Assembly (NCBI GenBank): GCA_964637955.1 | Contig: CAZWXQ010000001.1 | Location: 118,993 to 182,992, forward strand | Reading direction: 5' to 3' | Source of the DNA: an uncultured Gammaproteobacteria bacterium | Lineage (GTDB): Bacteria > Patescibacteriota > Microgenomatia > Levybacterales > UBA12049 | Length of the DNA stretch: 64,000 nt | Shown: one piece after another, positions 9,264 through 18,332 of the stretch | Layout: each line of letters starts with the position of its first letter | Position numbering within the stretch: the stretch's first letter is position 1 | The notes under the pieces: generated by a model | Told to the model about the DNA's origin: nothing | Seen by the model: the letters and a program-made list of their open reading frames with translations, nothing else | Databases searched by the model: none | Program-made: the position numbers and the translations under genes

Positions 9264-9919
9264 TGCCAAAATTAAATCAAGAATCTTCTTTGGTGATTAG
9301 CTACAGTAATTCAATTGAGATATTTCCACCCGAATTTTTTGATAACTTAACAGCAATTAATAAACAGATGGAACCCCTAATGGAATCCATACGCAAAATG
9401 AATGAGAGCACGTTATTTGTAATTCAGAAATCTTTTGAAGACATAGATAAGAATATAGGACAGATATTTGCAGTTCAGATGAAATTAGTAAATTTCGCAA
9501 ATATATTTATTAGACCTAGTTTCCCACCTTCACAAATTGTAGATGTTGAACCTACTGAGATTACTCCTTCGCTGCTTCCCACCTCGAGGGTTTTGGCTAT
9601 AGTAGGTAAATTCGAAAATTTTAACATTGGAATCTCTATAGAAGGGAAATTCTATTATGGAGAAAAGCAAATAATTGGATTAACTTTAGGATCAAATCAT
9701 GGGAAATTCTTAAAAATGCTCCTCGAGTCAGATTTTAATTATGTATCTGATGAATATGCATTAAGCATTTTAAATCCTTCAGATAAAGAAAAAGGTATAG
9801 GATTTATTAGAGACGACCTTATCAAGGTTCTAAGAAATAAAAATACCTTAAATGTGCAATTATTTAGAGACAGGAAGCAGGGATATCGACTTATTTCCAT
9901 ACAACCTTTAACCAATTAG
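9263..9919 (+). CDS. Hypothetical protein (218 aa) translationally coupled to lexA (ATAATG overlap); C-terminus has OmpR-like wHTH flavour (…GYRL)
   Basis: ORF with coupling; no confident homology. Confidence 0.35.
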   Translation: MPKLNQESSLVISYSNSIEIFPPEFFDNLTAINKQMEPLMESIRKMNESTLFVIQKSFEDIDKNIGQIFAVQMKLVNFANIFIRPSFPPSQIVDVEPTEITPSLLPTSRVLAIVGKFENFNIGISIEGKFYYGEKQIIGLTLGSNHGKFLKMLLESDFNYVSDEYALSILNPSDKEKGIGFIRDDLIKVLRNKNTLNVQLFRDRKQGYRLISIQPLTN

Positions 9920-9993
9920 CTCCTGATCTTTTCCTGGATTTTTCCTGACAATTTTCAGTTTTTAATCTTCCAAGATTATCCTATTCTCTAACT

Positions 9994-11349
9994 ATGGCAC
10001 AAGATTTGAAAATATCTCAAATAAAGATAAATGAACTTAACCCTGCTGAATATAACCCCAGGAAATGGGACGAAACCTCTATTGCTCAACTTACCGAAAG
10101 CATTAAGAGATTTGGATTTGTAGATCCCATAATCGTAAACGGCGCTGAGAGCAGGAGAAACGTGGTTATAGGCGGACATTTTCGTCTGAAAGTCGCAAGG
10201 GATCTAGGCTTTACGGAAATTCCAGTTGTATATATTAATATACCTGAAATTGAAAAAGAAAAAGAGTTAAATCTTCGTTTAAATAAAAACACAGGTGAGT
10301 GGGATTATGAATTACTTGCTTCATTTGATGAATCAATACTTAACGATATAGGTTTTAACTCTGAAGAATTAGATGAAATTTTCAATTTTGATGATAATCC
10401 AGATGAATTCGATTTACAAAAAGAGCTTCAGAAATTGCAGATTAATAAAATTGAGATACAAAAAGGTGATGTCTGGGCTTTAGGTGAAAGTAAGCTTATG
10501 TGTGGTGATTCGACTTTTGAACAGGATATCCTAAAACTCATGGATGGGGAGAAAGCAGCTATGTGTTTTACAGATCCACCTTATATATTAGATTACCTTC
10601 ATGGAAAAAAGAAAAACGGAAAACCGGCTACAGGATTTGGTGCAAAAAGAGACAGAAGATATCTTGAAACCGATGTTCTCCCATCAAATTTTACAGAGTT
10701 GTGGATGGCTAATATTGCAAAAATTCAGAATGAGCATTTTTCAATAATAGTTTATGAGAATTGGAAGAATATAAGAACCATTTGGGATGAGATGGAAAAG
10801 TATTGGAAAGTTAAAAATATGCTTGTTTGGCATTTACCTAATAGGCACCAGGGTTTCTCAGCTAAGTATAAGTTCTTTTCAAAGCATGATATAGCAATGG
10901 TGGGTGCATCGCCAAACACAGATGTTCAATTTAATGCAGATAATGAAAAAGATGGTTTGCAAGAAGAATATGAAACCGCGCTATATGCAATTTCTGGCAA
11001 ACCACATTGGGAAGGTTATCAAAGAGGAAGGAAAAATCAGCCAACAGATTTTATTGAATATGTTGCTTCGGACGAAAAGCATTCAGGGCAAGGAATTATT
11101 TTTGGAACAAAACCAATCGAGATATTAATCCCATATATAAAAATGTTAACTAAAAGAGGAGATTTGATAATTGAACCTTTTGGAGGATCAGGATCAACTT
11201 TGATAGCTTCAGAAAAGATGAAACGACGATGTTTCATTATGGAAAAATCTCCAGTATATGCTGAAGTGATTAAAAAGCGATGGGAAAACTTAACAGGTCA
11301 GAAAGGAGTGAGGATTGCATGTGGGATAAAATCGAAAAAAGACAATTAA
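9994..11349 (+). CDS. ParB-like nuclease domain fused to beta-class N6-adenine/N4-cytosine DNA methyltransferase (motif IV DPPY precedes motif I EPFGGSGST)
   Basis: N-terminal ParB/Srx-like motifs (…GGHFRLKVARDLG…); MTase motifs in beta-class order; typical phage/plasmid architecture. Confidence 0.8.
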   Translation: MAQDLKISQIKINELNPAEYNPRKWDETSIAQLTESIKRFGFVDPIIVNGAESRRNVVIGGHFRLKVARDLGFTEIPVVYINIPEIEKEKELNLRLNKNTGEWDYELLASFDESILNDIGFNSEELDEIFNFDDNPDEFDLQKELQKLQINKIEIQKGDVWALGESKLMCGDSTFEQDILKLMDGEKAAMCFTDPPYILDYLHGKKKNGKPATGFGAKRDRRYLETDVLPSNFTELWMANIAKIQNEHFSIIVYENWKNIRTIWDEMEKYWKVKNMLVWHLPNRHQGFSAKYKFFSKHDIAMVGASPNTDVQFNADNEKDGLQEEYETALYAISGKPHWEGYQRGRKNQPTDFIEYVASDEKHSGQGIIFGTKPIEILIPYIKMLTKRGDLIIEPFGGSGSTLIASEKMKRRCFIMEKSPVYAEVIKKRWENLTGQKGVRIACGIKSKKDN

Positions 11350-11744
11350 AAAATAAGCAGGAACTTCTTGAGCAACTTAAGAAAACACCAATAATCCAAA
11401 TAGCCTGTGGTAAATCAAATATAAGTCGTGCCACATACTATCGCTGGCGAAATGAAGATAAAGAGTTTGCTCAGAGCGCTGATAAGGCTATTGATGAAGG
11501 TTCAGCCTTAGTTAATGATATTGCTGAATCTCAATTATTGAATGCGATTAAACAGCAAAATTTAACTGCCATTATTTTCTGGTTGAAGCACCATCACGCA
11601 GCCTACGCCAACAAGATCGAGTTAACAGCAAGATTTAAAGCAGACGAGGAAATACTAACTCCTGAGCAGGAAAAGTTAGTGACTAGAGCACTAAAAATAG
11701 TATCTTTAATGCCTAAGGAGGATAAGGATGTTAACTCAAAATGA
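11319..11744 (+). CDS. Putative phage terminase small subunit (HTH-containing; …ISRATYYRWRNEDKEF…)
   Basis: Position immediately upstream of and overlapping terminase large subunit; RBS aaaggag 10 nt upstream of ATG at 11319; the 11280 start in ORF track overlaps MTase. Confidence 0.5.
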   Translation: MWDKIEKRQLKNKQELLEQLKKTPIIQIACGKSNISRATYYRWRNEDKEFAQSADKAIDEGSALVNDIAESQLLNAIKQQNLTAIIFWLKHHHAAYANKIELTARFKADEEILTPEQEKLVTRALKIVSLMPKEDKDVNSK

Positions 11745-13221
11745 GATTGAAGAATTAAAAAAGAAAAGATCTGTCAGAAGAGCAATTTCAAAAAGAAGTC
11801 ATTACTGGTTTTTTTCAATATATTTAAATCACTACATTAAATATCCATTTGCTCAGTTTCACATTGAAATGTTTCACTTAACGGAAAACGAGGCTTTAAG
11901 GTTGGCAGTTCTTGTTGCATTTAGAGGATCTGGAAAATCCACTCTAATAACTCTTTCCTATGTAATCTGGTCAATAATTGGAGTTCAAAACAAGAAGTTT
12001 GTTTTAGTATTAAGTCAGACTCAGGCTCAGGCGAAACTACATTTAGCCAACATAAAAAGAGAGCTTGAGAGCAACGATTTATTAAAAGCAGATATAGGAC
12101 CGTTTGAAGAAATAAGTGATGAATGGGGTTCAAATTCAATAGTAATTTCAAAATTTGGAGCAAGAATTACTGTTGCTTCAACAGAACAAAGCATAAGAGG
12201 ATTAAGACATGGACAACATCGACCAGATTTAGTGATTTGTGATGATGTTGAAGACTTAAATTCAGTAAAGACTAAAGAAGGAAGAGATAAAACTTTCCAA
12301 TGGCTTGCTGGAGAAGTTTTGCCAATTGGAGATCAAAACACAAAAATAGTAATAGTTGGAAATCTTCTTCATGAAGATAGTCTCTTAATGAAATTAGTTA
12401 ATGCTATAAAAAATGGAAAATTAAATGGAAAATATTTTTCTTATCCTCTACTTGATGATGAAAATAATATTACATGGCCAGAGAAGTTTAAATCAAAGAC
12501 TGATATCGAAAATTTAAGAACTTCTATAGGAACAGATAGCGCATGGTATAGGGAGTATTTGCTTAAAATAATTTCAGATGCTGATAGGCTTGTTCATCCT
12601 GAATGGATTCAATATTACAATGAGATTCCTTCTGAGGAAAATGGGCATTTTATGTATACAGCTACAGGAATTGATCTTGCTATTTCAGAGAAAGAATCAG
12701 CAGATTATACAGCTATGGTGTCGGCCAAAGTTTATGGAAGCGGAGAAAATTTAAAGGTTTACATACTCCCTAACCCTATAAATAAAAGAATGAGTTTTCC
12801 AGAAACATATGAAACGGCTAAAATGATTTCTAAGGAATTAGGAAATGGATATTATACAAAGTTATTTATTGAAGATGTTGGCTATCAAAGAGCTTTAATT
12901 CAGAATTTATCTAATAATAATATTCCTGCTGAAGGGGTTAAGGTTTCTGGTCAGGATAAAAGAAGTAGACTTGCATTAGTTACTCATTTGATAGAGCAAG
13001 GAAAAATTATATTTCCCGATCAAGATAGATGTAGAAATTTGATACTACAACTTACTGGTTTTGGATTAGAAAAACATGATGATCTTGCAGATGCATTTTC
13101 TCTTCTAATGTTAAAAATAATTGAGGAAGATTCAGGAAGTGTAGGCTTCTTCTTTATAGGTGGTTCAGATCTATCTAGTTTTTCAGACTACAGACCCTTG
13201 AGCTTCAATCAGCCATTTTAA
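11728..13221 (+). CDS. Phage terminase large subunit (Walker A RGSGKST, Walker B VICDDVED, C-terminal nuclease region)
   Basis: Motif content and size typical of Terminase_6-type TerL. Confidence 0.8.
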   Translation: MLTQNEIEELKKKRSVRRAISKRSHYWFFSIYLNHYIKYPFAQFHIEMFHLTENEALRLAVLVAFRGSGKSTLITLSYVIWSIIGVQNKKFVLVLSQTQAQAKLHLANIKRELESNDLLKADIGPFEEISDEWGSNSIVISKFGARITVASTEQSIRGLRHGQHRPDLVICDDVEDLNSVKTKEGRDKTFQWLAGEVLPIGDQNTKIVIVGNLLHEDSLLMKLVNAIKNGKLNGKYFSYPLLDDENNITWPEKFKSKTDIENLRTSIGTDSAWYREYLLKIISDADRLVHPEWIQYYNEIPSEENGHFMYTATGIDLAISEKESADYTAMVSAKVYGSGENLKVYILPNPINKRMSFPETYETAKMISKELGNGYYTKLFIEDVGYQRALIQNLSNNNIPAEGVKVSGQDKRSRLALVTHLIEQGKIIFPDQDRCRNLILQLTGFGLEKHDDLADAFSLLMLKIIEEDSGSVGFFFIGGSDLSSFSDYRPLSFNQPF

Positions 13222-13424
13222 AAAAGATCAGATAGTTGAACTTTAAGAGCTTTGGAAATTTTATCAATTGTTTGAACCGGCGGATTACTTATACCCCTTT
13301 CGATTCTGGAAATTGTAGTATAGTGCAGGCCAACTCTATCAGCTAATTCTTCTTGTGACATTTTCTTGTCTCTCCTAGCTTTTCTAATTCTTTTACCTAG
13401 TTTTTCGTTAACTTTATATTTCAC
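13218..13424 (-). CDS. XRE-family HTH transcriptional regulator (Cro/CI-like)
   Basis: …MSQEELADRVGLHYTTISRIERG… canonical HTH_XRE. Confidence 0.8.
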   Translation of the reverse strand: MKYKVNEKLGKRIRKARRDKKMSQEELADRVGLHYTTISRIERGISNPPVQTIDKISKALKVQLSDLF

Positions 13425-13465
13425 TTATTAGTTATAAATTAATGAAAAACAGAAAGTTTGAGTAT

Positions 13466-13557
13466 AGCGTCAGACGCTTTATTTAGCCTTGACTTTATGC
13501 TTAAATATAAGTAATATGCCTTACGTAAGCACGAAATTAATAGAAAGGAGGTGAATT
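13466..13557. promoter_or_regulatory. Divergent control region: 13-bp palindrome AGCGTCaGACGCT (13466-13478), -35 TTGACT (13489-13494) / -10 TAATAT (13512-13517), 10-bp perfect palindrome CTTACGTAAG (13520-13529), RBS aaaggagg (13545-13552)
   Basis: Read from sequence between xre (minus) and ltp-like (plus). Confidence 0.5.
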
Positions 13558-14052
13558 ATGAACTGGATTAAAAAACATAAAATAGTGTCAGGAATTATTG
13601 GAGTTGTCGCATTTTTTATAATAGTTGGAGCTTTAGGTTCAAGCAGTACAACAACTAAATCAGAATCAACTAACTCTACTTCTGTCAAAAGTCAATCAAA
13701 TAATGCTGAACCAACAGCAACAATTGAAAACAAGCAGCCCAATGTTCCAGCGGAATATAAATCAGCACTCAAGAAAGCAACTAGCTATGCGACTATAATG
13801 CATATGTCAAAAAGAGGTGTATATGACCAGTTAGTCTCAGACTATGGTGAAAAGTTTTCGCCAGAAGCTGCACAGTATGCAATTGATAATGTGAAAGCTG
13901 ATTGGAATGCAAATGCTTTAGCTAAAGCAAAGAGCTATCAAGAGCAACAGAGTATGTCACCTGCTGCCATTCAAAATCAATTAATATCTGATTACGGTGA
14001 AAAGTTCACGCAAGCGGAAGCAGATTATGCTATTCAACACCTAAGTAAATAG
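13558..14052 (+). CDS. Ltp-family (host cell surface-exposed lipoprotein-like) protein with N-terminal TM anchor and two tandem Ltp repeats (…QLVSDYGEKFSPEAAQYAI… / …QLISDYGEKFTQAEADYAI…); candidate superinfection-exclusion protein
   Basis: Tandem repeat with conserved D-Y/F-G-E-K-F…A-x-YA motif characteristic of the Ltp superinfection-exclusion family; low-complexity linker. Confidence 0.6.
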   Translation: MNWIKKHKIVSGIIGVVAFFIIVGALGSSSTTTKSESTNSTSVKSQSNNAEPTATIENKQPNVPAEYKSALKKATSYATIMHMSKRGVYDQLVSDYGEKFSPEAAQYAIDNVKADWNANALAKAKSYQEQQSMSPAAIQNQLISDYGEKFTQAEADYAIQHLSK

Positions 14053-14325
14053 CGGGAGTTAGTAGTAGCTAAGCGGTGAAGCAAGAACAAGAAAAACATT
14101 CGATATTAAAATCGCATGTTTTTCTTTGGATTAAATATAGTATTTTAAGCCTAGACTTAATCAAAATCCTGCGGTACTGTGTACTCAAATGAATACAGAG
14201 GCAGGAATACTTAAGCTAATAACTAGATGCGAGAATTACTTCTATAAGTACCTCTTAACACAAGATAAATCATACATAGACAAATACTTTAAAACTTCAA
14301 GTCAACTCAAAAGAAAGGTTAAGAA

Positions 14326-15618
14326 ATGGAAAATGAAATAAAAGCACCCATAGATTACTGTTTGTATGCTCGAAAATCTACAGAAGATGATGAAAGACAA
14401 GCAATGAGTATAGATTCTCAAATTAAAGAGATGTCTGAAATGGCTTTAAAGGAAGAGATATTCATAAAAGAAATCCGACAAGAAAAGCATTCAGCGAAAA
14501 TGTCAGGGCAAAGGCCTGTTTTTAATCAGCTATTAGCAGATATAAAAAGTGGTATGTTTAGGGGAATATTAACTTGGGCGCCTGACAGGTTAAGCAGAAA
14601 TGCAGGAGATTTAGGCGTGCTTGTAGATTTAATGGATCATGGCAAGTTAACTAATATTAAAACATATACTCAGGCCTTCACAAATAGTCCTAGCGATAAG
14701 TTTTTACTCATGATTCTTTGCTCTCAAGCAAAACTCGAAAATGATCAGAAAGGAATAAATGTTAAAAGAGGGATAAGAGCCAAATGTCAGATGGGATGGA
14801 GACCTGGTGTTCCGCCAACAGGTTATTTTAATAGAACAATGAATGGGGTTAAAGATATAATCCCCGATCCTCAACGAGCTCCATTTATAACCGAAATGTT
14901 TCAAAGAGTTGCCGATGGACAAAGTGGTTGGGATATAAAAAGATGGTTTGATAAATCTGGAATGACTACTAGATCTGGAAAAAAAGTTTACTTAGGCAAT
15001 TTATATCTTATGCTGAAAAATTCATTTTATTATGGAGAATTTGAATACCCTATTAATAGTGGTAATTGGTATAAGGGAAAACATAAACCATTAATAACAA
15101 AAATTCTATTTGATAAAGTACAAAATCAGCTTATTACTTCAACTAAATCAGATTGGGGCAGTAATATTGCTCCATTCAAAGGATTATTTAGATGCGGAAC
15201 ATGTGGGAAAAAACTAATTGGCGAAGAAAAAATCAGAAAAAGAAAATGGGGAGCCCCCATAAGACATGTTTATTACCACTGTGCCCGAAACCTTAGTGAT
15301 TGCTCAGAGCCATATATAAGTGAGGAAAAATTAATAAAACAAATTCTTAGATATATTAATTTCATGAGTATCGCGCATCCTAATTTCCTCAAGCTAACAG
15401 ACCCTTTACATATAAGTTTGTTGTCATATAGCTTAATTAGAAATGAAGTACTTTATGAGCAAGATATTAATCCAAATGATCAAAAATCCGATCCGGTAAA
15501 TTTTAGTAGATATATTCTGAATAAAGGGTCCGTTGATGAAAAAAGAGACTTAGTTATGTCTTTAGGGAAGCAGATGTATATTAAAAATAAGTATTTGGTT
15601 TCCTCTGTATCTGAATAA
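14326..15618 (+). CDS. Large serine recombinase (resolvase catalytic domain YARKSTEDDERQ…, recombinase domain, zinc beta-ribbon CGTCGKK…HVYYHCAR)
   Basis: Domain organisation from translation. Confidence 0.85.
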   Translation: MENEIKAPIDYCLYARKSTEDDERQAMSIDSQIKEMSEMALKEEIFIKEIRQEKHSAKMSGQRPVFNQLLADIKSGMFRGILTWAPDRLSRNAGDLGVLVDLMDHGKLTNIKTYTQAFTNSPSDKFLLMILCSQAKLENDQKGINVKRGIRAKCQMGWRPGVPPTGYFNRTMNGVKDIIPDPQRAPFITEMFQRVADGQSGWDIKRWFDKSGMTTRSGKKVYLGNLYLMLKNSFYYGEFEYPINSGNWYKGKHKPLITKILFDKVQNQLITSTKSDWGSNIAPFKGLFRCGTCGKKLIGEEKIRKRKWGAPIRHVYYHCARNLSDCSEPYISEEKLIKQILRYINFMSIAHPNFLKLTDPLHISLLSYSLIRNEVLYEQDINPNDQKSDPVNFSRYILNKGSVDEKRDLVMSLGKQMYIKNKYLVSSVSE

Positions 15619-15684
15619 TTCATAAAATATTATCCTTAATTTGCCTCAATTCAATCTATAGGATAAAATGCTGCATATAAATTT

Positions 15685-16710
15685 ATGAATCATTTTGAAA
15701 GCAGCAATCTGGATAAAATTTTCTATCTTAATCCCAGTAAAAATCATTTAATAGGATCAAGAGAGTCGACCGTACTTGAATTTAAGGAAAATTTTTCTTT
15801 TGCAAATCTAGCGGATTACGCTAAAGTAATGGCTTCTTTTGCAAACAAAGATGGAGGCTATATAGTTTTTGGTTTAGAAGATAATCCTAGAAAGATTGTT
15901 GGAATCGATAGGAATACTTTCGATACTATTGATCAAGCCAAATTAACTGAGGGATTAAATGATATATTTCAGCCTGCAATGGAATGGGATATTGCAGTTC
16001 ATGATTGGAATGGATTTTCATTTGGAATAATTTATGTATTTAAGACTGTTCAAAAGCCTATCATTGCAAGAAAAAATTATGGTTCCGAAATTAAGGAAGG
16101 TGAAATTTATTATAGATATAGAGCTAGATCGGAGAAAATTAAATATTCTGAGTTGCGTCATTTACTTGATGAGCAAAAGGAGTTGACCAATGAAGCATGG
16201 AGAAAAGTTATAGAAAAGGCTTCATCGATCGATCCTAGAAATGTAGCTATGTTAGATACGATAACAGGTGAATTAACAGGAGATGGAGGAACAGTAGTAA
16301 TAGATGAGTCATTAATATCTAAATTGAAATTTATAAGGGATGGAGATTTTAATCAAAAAGATGGTGCTCCAACTCTTAAGCTTATAGGTGATCTTCAGGC
16401 TGTTCCTGTAGCAGCTGTAAAGAGTAAAAAAGTACTTATTGGGGAAGATATTTATAAATTTAGAGCTTCGCAGGTTGCAAAAGAAGTTCAGTCAGGTATA
16501 GCTAAAAATTTTAGTATTCAGCTACATACTAAGGCATGGAAAATGTATGAATCGAGACCTAAAGAGAAAAATTCGGGTTTTAAAAATGAATTTTCAGAAT
16601 TAAAGCAAGCCGAAAACGATTATCGATATTCTCAAGCATGGATCGATTTTCTGATAAATAAATTAAAAACTGATCAGGAATATCAAAAATTATTAGATTT
16701 CAAAATATAA
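15685..16710 (+). CDS. AlbA_2 (Schlafen-like putative DNA-binding, PF04326-like) domain protein (…EsTvLEFKEnfS…FANkDGGYIVFGLEDNpRKIVGI…)
   Basis: N-terminal motif set matches AlbA_2 domain; C-terminal region unassigned. Confidence 0.6.
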   Translation: MNHFESSNLDKIFYLNPSKNHLIGSRESTVLEFKENFSFANLADYAKVMASFANKDGGYIVFGLEDNPRKIVGIDRNTFDTIDQAKLTEGLNDIFQPAMEWDIAVHDWNGFSFGIIYVFKTVQKPIIARKNYGSEIKEGEIYYRYRARSEKIKYSELRHLLDEQKELTNEAWRKVIEKASSIDPRNVAMLDTITGELTGDGGTVVIDESLISKLKFIRDGDFNQKDGAPTLKLIGDLQAVPVAAVKSKKVLIGEDIYKFRASQVAKEVQSGIAKNFSIQLHTKAWKMYESRPKEKNSGFKNEFSELKQAENDYRYSQAWIDFLINKLKTDQEYQKLLDFKI

Positions 16711-16766
16711 TTTAAATTTTAGAGAGCTGAATGGCGAGGGTACGGTGGGGCGATAGTAATAGTGTG

Positions 16767-16802
16767 CTGAGAGTACCGGTCTCGAACCATTTAATCATTA
16801 TA
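16767..16802. repeat. 36-bp direct repeat copy 2 (ctgagagtaccggtctcgaaccatttaatcattata); candidate right att site
   Basis: 35/36 identity with 2040-2075. Confidence 0.6.
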
Positions 16803-16941
16803 GCAGTGTCTCTTATAAAGGCTAAATAAGACAATTAATACAGTATTAAAAATAAAAAAATTTATTTAGGTTAGTAAAGAAATATATTTCAAAATAAGTC
16901 CTATAGTTTACATAATGATATTTTTTTGATATAATTAATAT

Positions 16942-17067
16942 ATGACAGAGCAACAACCATTTCTTAAAACAGCTGAAAAAGCACAAATGCTTCAGGATGC
17001 ACAACCAACGCCACTTGAAGTTGTTAGAAGATATGAAATTGATAGGGATAAAATAGCACAAGATTAG
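16942..17067 (+). CDS. Candidate small ORF (42 aa, MTEQQPFLKTAEKAQMLQDAQPTPLEVVRRYEIDRDKIAQD) with coding-like GC in an AT-rich gap; TATAAT 6 nt upstream (leaderless-like)
   Basis: ORF and local composition only. Confidence 0.2.
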   Translation: MTEQQPFLKTAEKAQMLQDAQPTPLEVVRRYEIDRDKIAQD

Positions 17068-17159
17068 ATAGATAATGGAGTTATCCCTGATATACTTGTC
17101 TCCAATGAACCAACTGATAAAATAGGCTAATAGCATCAAAGATAGATATTATTTTTGTA

Positions 17160-17570
17160 TTACATATCCCATTCTTCGTATCTTATTTCATCTAATGCAA
17201 CTAGATCTGGATGAGGTTTAGAGATTAATTTAACAATAATGCTTCCAGCAAGATCAAGAAAATCATCATCTTCTCTTGTTCCGTCAAGCATTTCAACAAA
17301 TATTCCTGAGTAAGAAAAAGCTGTTTCATGCATTTTTTTATGAAGTTCAGCGATTATTTTTACACATAATTCTTGGTAAGTTAATCCAGTTGCAAAAATT
17401 TCATCGCCAAGTATTTTAAACGCTGAAGACAGTAGTAAATTGGGTTCAAGTGTCGTAGGATTGATATATCGAGAATTTTTAAAAAATTCTATAGTCTCAA
17501 GAGTTAGAAAATCTGTACCTAGAAATGGTCTCTTTAAATCATTTAATTCTTCCGATTTTGCTATAGACAT
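17160..17570 (-). CDS. Hypothetical protein (136 aa)
   Basis: ORF; last gene of minus-strand operon 17160-22654. Confidence 0.4.
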   Translation of the reverse strand: MSIAKSEELNDLKRPFLGTDFLTLETIEFFKNSRYINPTTLEPNLLLSSAFKILGDEIFATGLTYQELCVKIIAELHKKMHETAFSYSGIFVEMLDGTREDDDFLDLAGSIIVKLISKPHPDLVALDEIRYEEWDM

Positions 17571-17576
17571 AGTATT

Positions 17577-18287
17577 TTATTTATTAATTTCTACTGCTGG
17601 TGTAATTCTAAAAGCTGCTCTTGCTCCTGCAAAAACAGGTGTTTCGAAAATTCTTGATCTTGCACTCTCTACAGGAGTTCCGCTTTTCATTACTTGTAAC
17701 CATTTAAATCTAAGCATTTCTTCTGGGGTGATAAAACCTCTAGGGTCAAGTTCCGTTGGATAGTGATGAACATCACCCATTGTTACATTTAAATCGATCA
17801 ATCTTGGAATTCTATTAAGTAATTTACCCTTGTTTGTTCTAAAATTATCAAATTCAAATGCAATTTTTCTTCCCTCAAGATCTTTCAACACAGCCCAATA
17901 TAATTGATCGAATTCATGAGTTGCGCCATCAGCAAGTTTTTTCCTCCCATCTTTTAAATAGCGTACTACTTGACCATCTCTATACATTTGAGGCCTAAAT
18001 TCTCTTCCAAAAATAATAGTGTCAGTTGGAATATGTTGAGGGGTAACTAGGAAAGCTTCGAAATCTCTTGCTGCGTTTTCTCCTAGTGTTTTCAATTTTG
18101 ATCCTAGCTCTGGATTGCTTATTAAATCTGATTGATCAGTATCTACAGCAAAATAAATATTTTGCTCGAGAATTGAAATAGGGCCATTGCCTGAGGAGCA
18201 ATCATCTTCAAAAGAATGACCATGCCATAATTCAGGTCCCGGTTCTATTCTAATATCTGGGTCAAATGGTCCGACTAATTCTCCCAT
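17577..18287 (-). CDS. Hypothetical protein (236 aa), Arg/Gly/Pro-rich composition atypical for this genome
   Basis: ORF; 6-nt gap to downstream gene, same strand. Confidence 0.4.
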   Translation of the reverse strand: MGELVGPFDPDIRIEPGPELWHGHSFEDDCSSGNGPISILEQNIYFAVDTDQSDLISNPELGSKLKTLGENAARDFEAFLVTPQHIPTDTIIFGREFRPQMYRDGQVVRYLKDGRKKLADGATHEFDQLYWAVLKDLEGRKIAFEFDNFRTNKGKLLNRIPRLIDLNVTMGDVHHYPTELDPRGFITPEEMLRFKWLQVMKSGTPVESARSRIFETPVFAGARAAFRITPAVEINK

Positions 18288-18332
18288 ATTAAATTATTTA
18301 TCCTTTAGATTCATATCAAATAAAATATAAAA

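Noticed and set aside
2040-16802. Tyrosine integrase to explain long direct repeats
   Set aside because: No ORF with the R…HxxR…Y tyrosine-recombinase signature in or next to the element; only a large serine recombinase is present
16846-17139. 97-aa minus-strand ORF in AT-rich gap
   Set aside because: Composition is that of AT-rich intergenic DNA (Ile/Phe/Tyr/Asn/Lys-rich runs) and it overlaps a better small ORF on the plus strand; judged spurious
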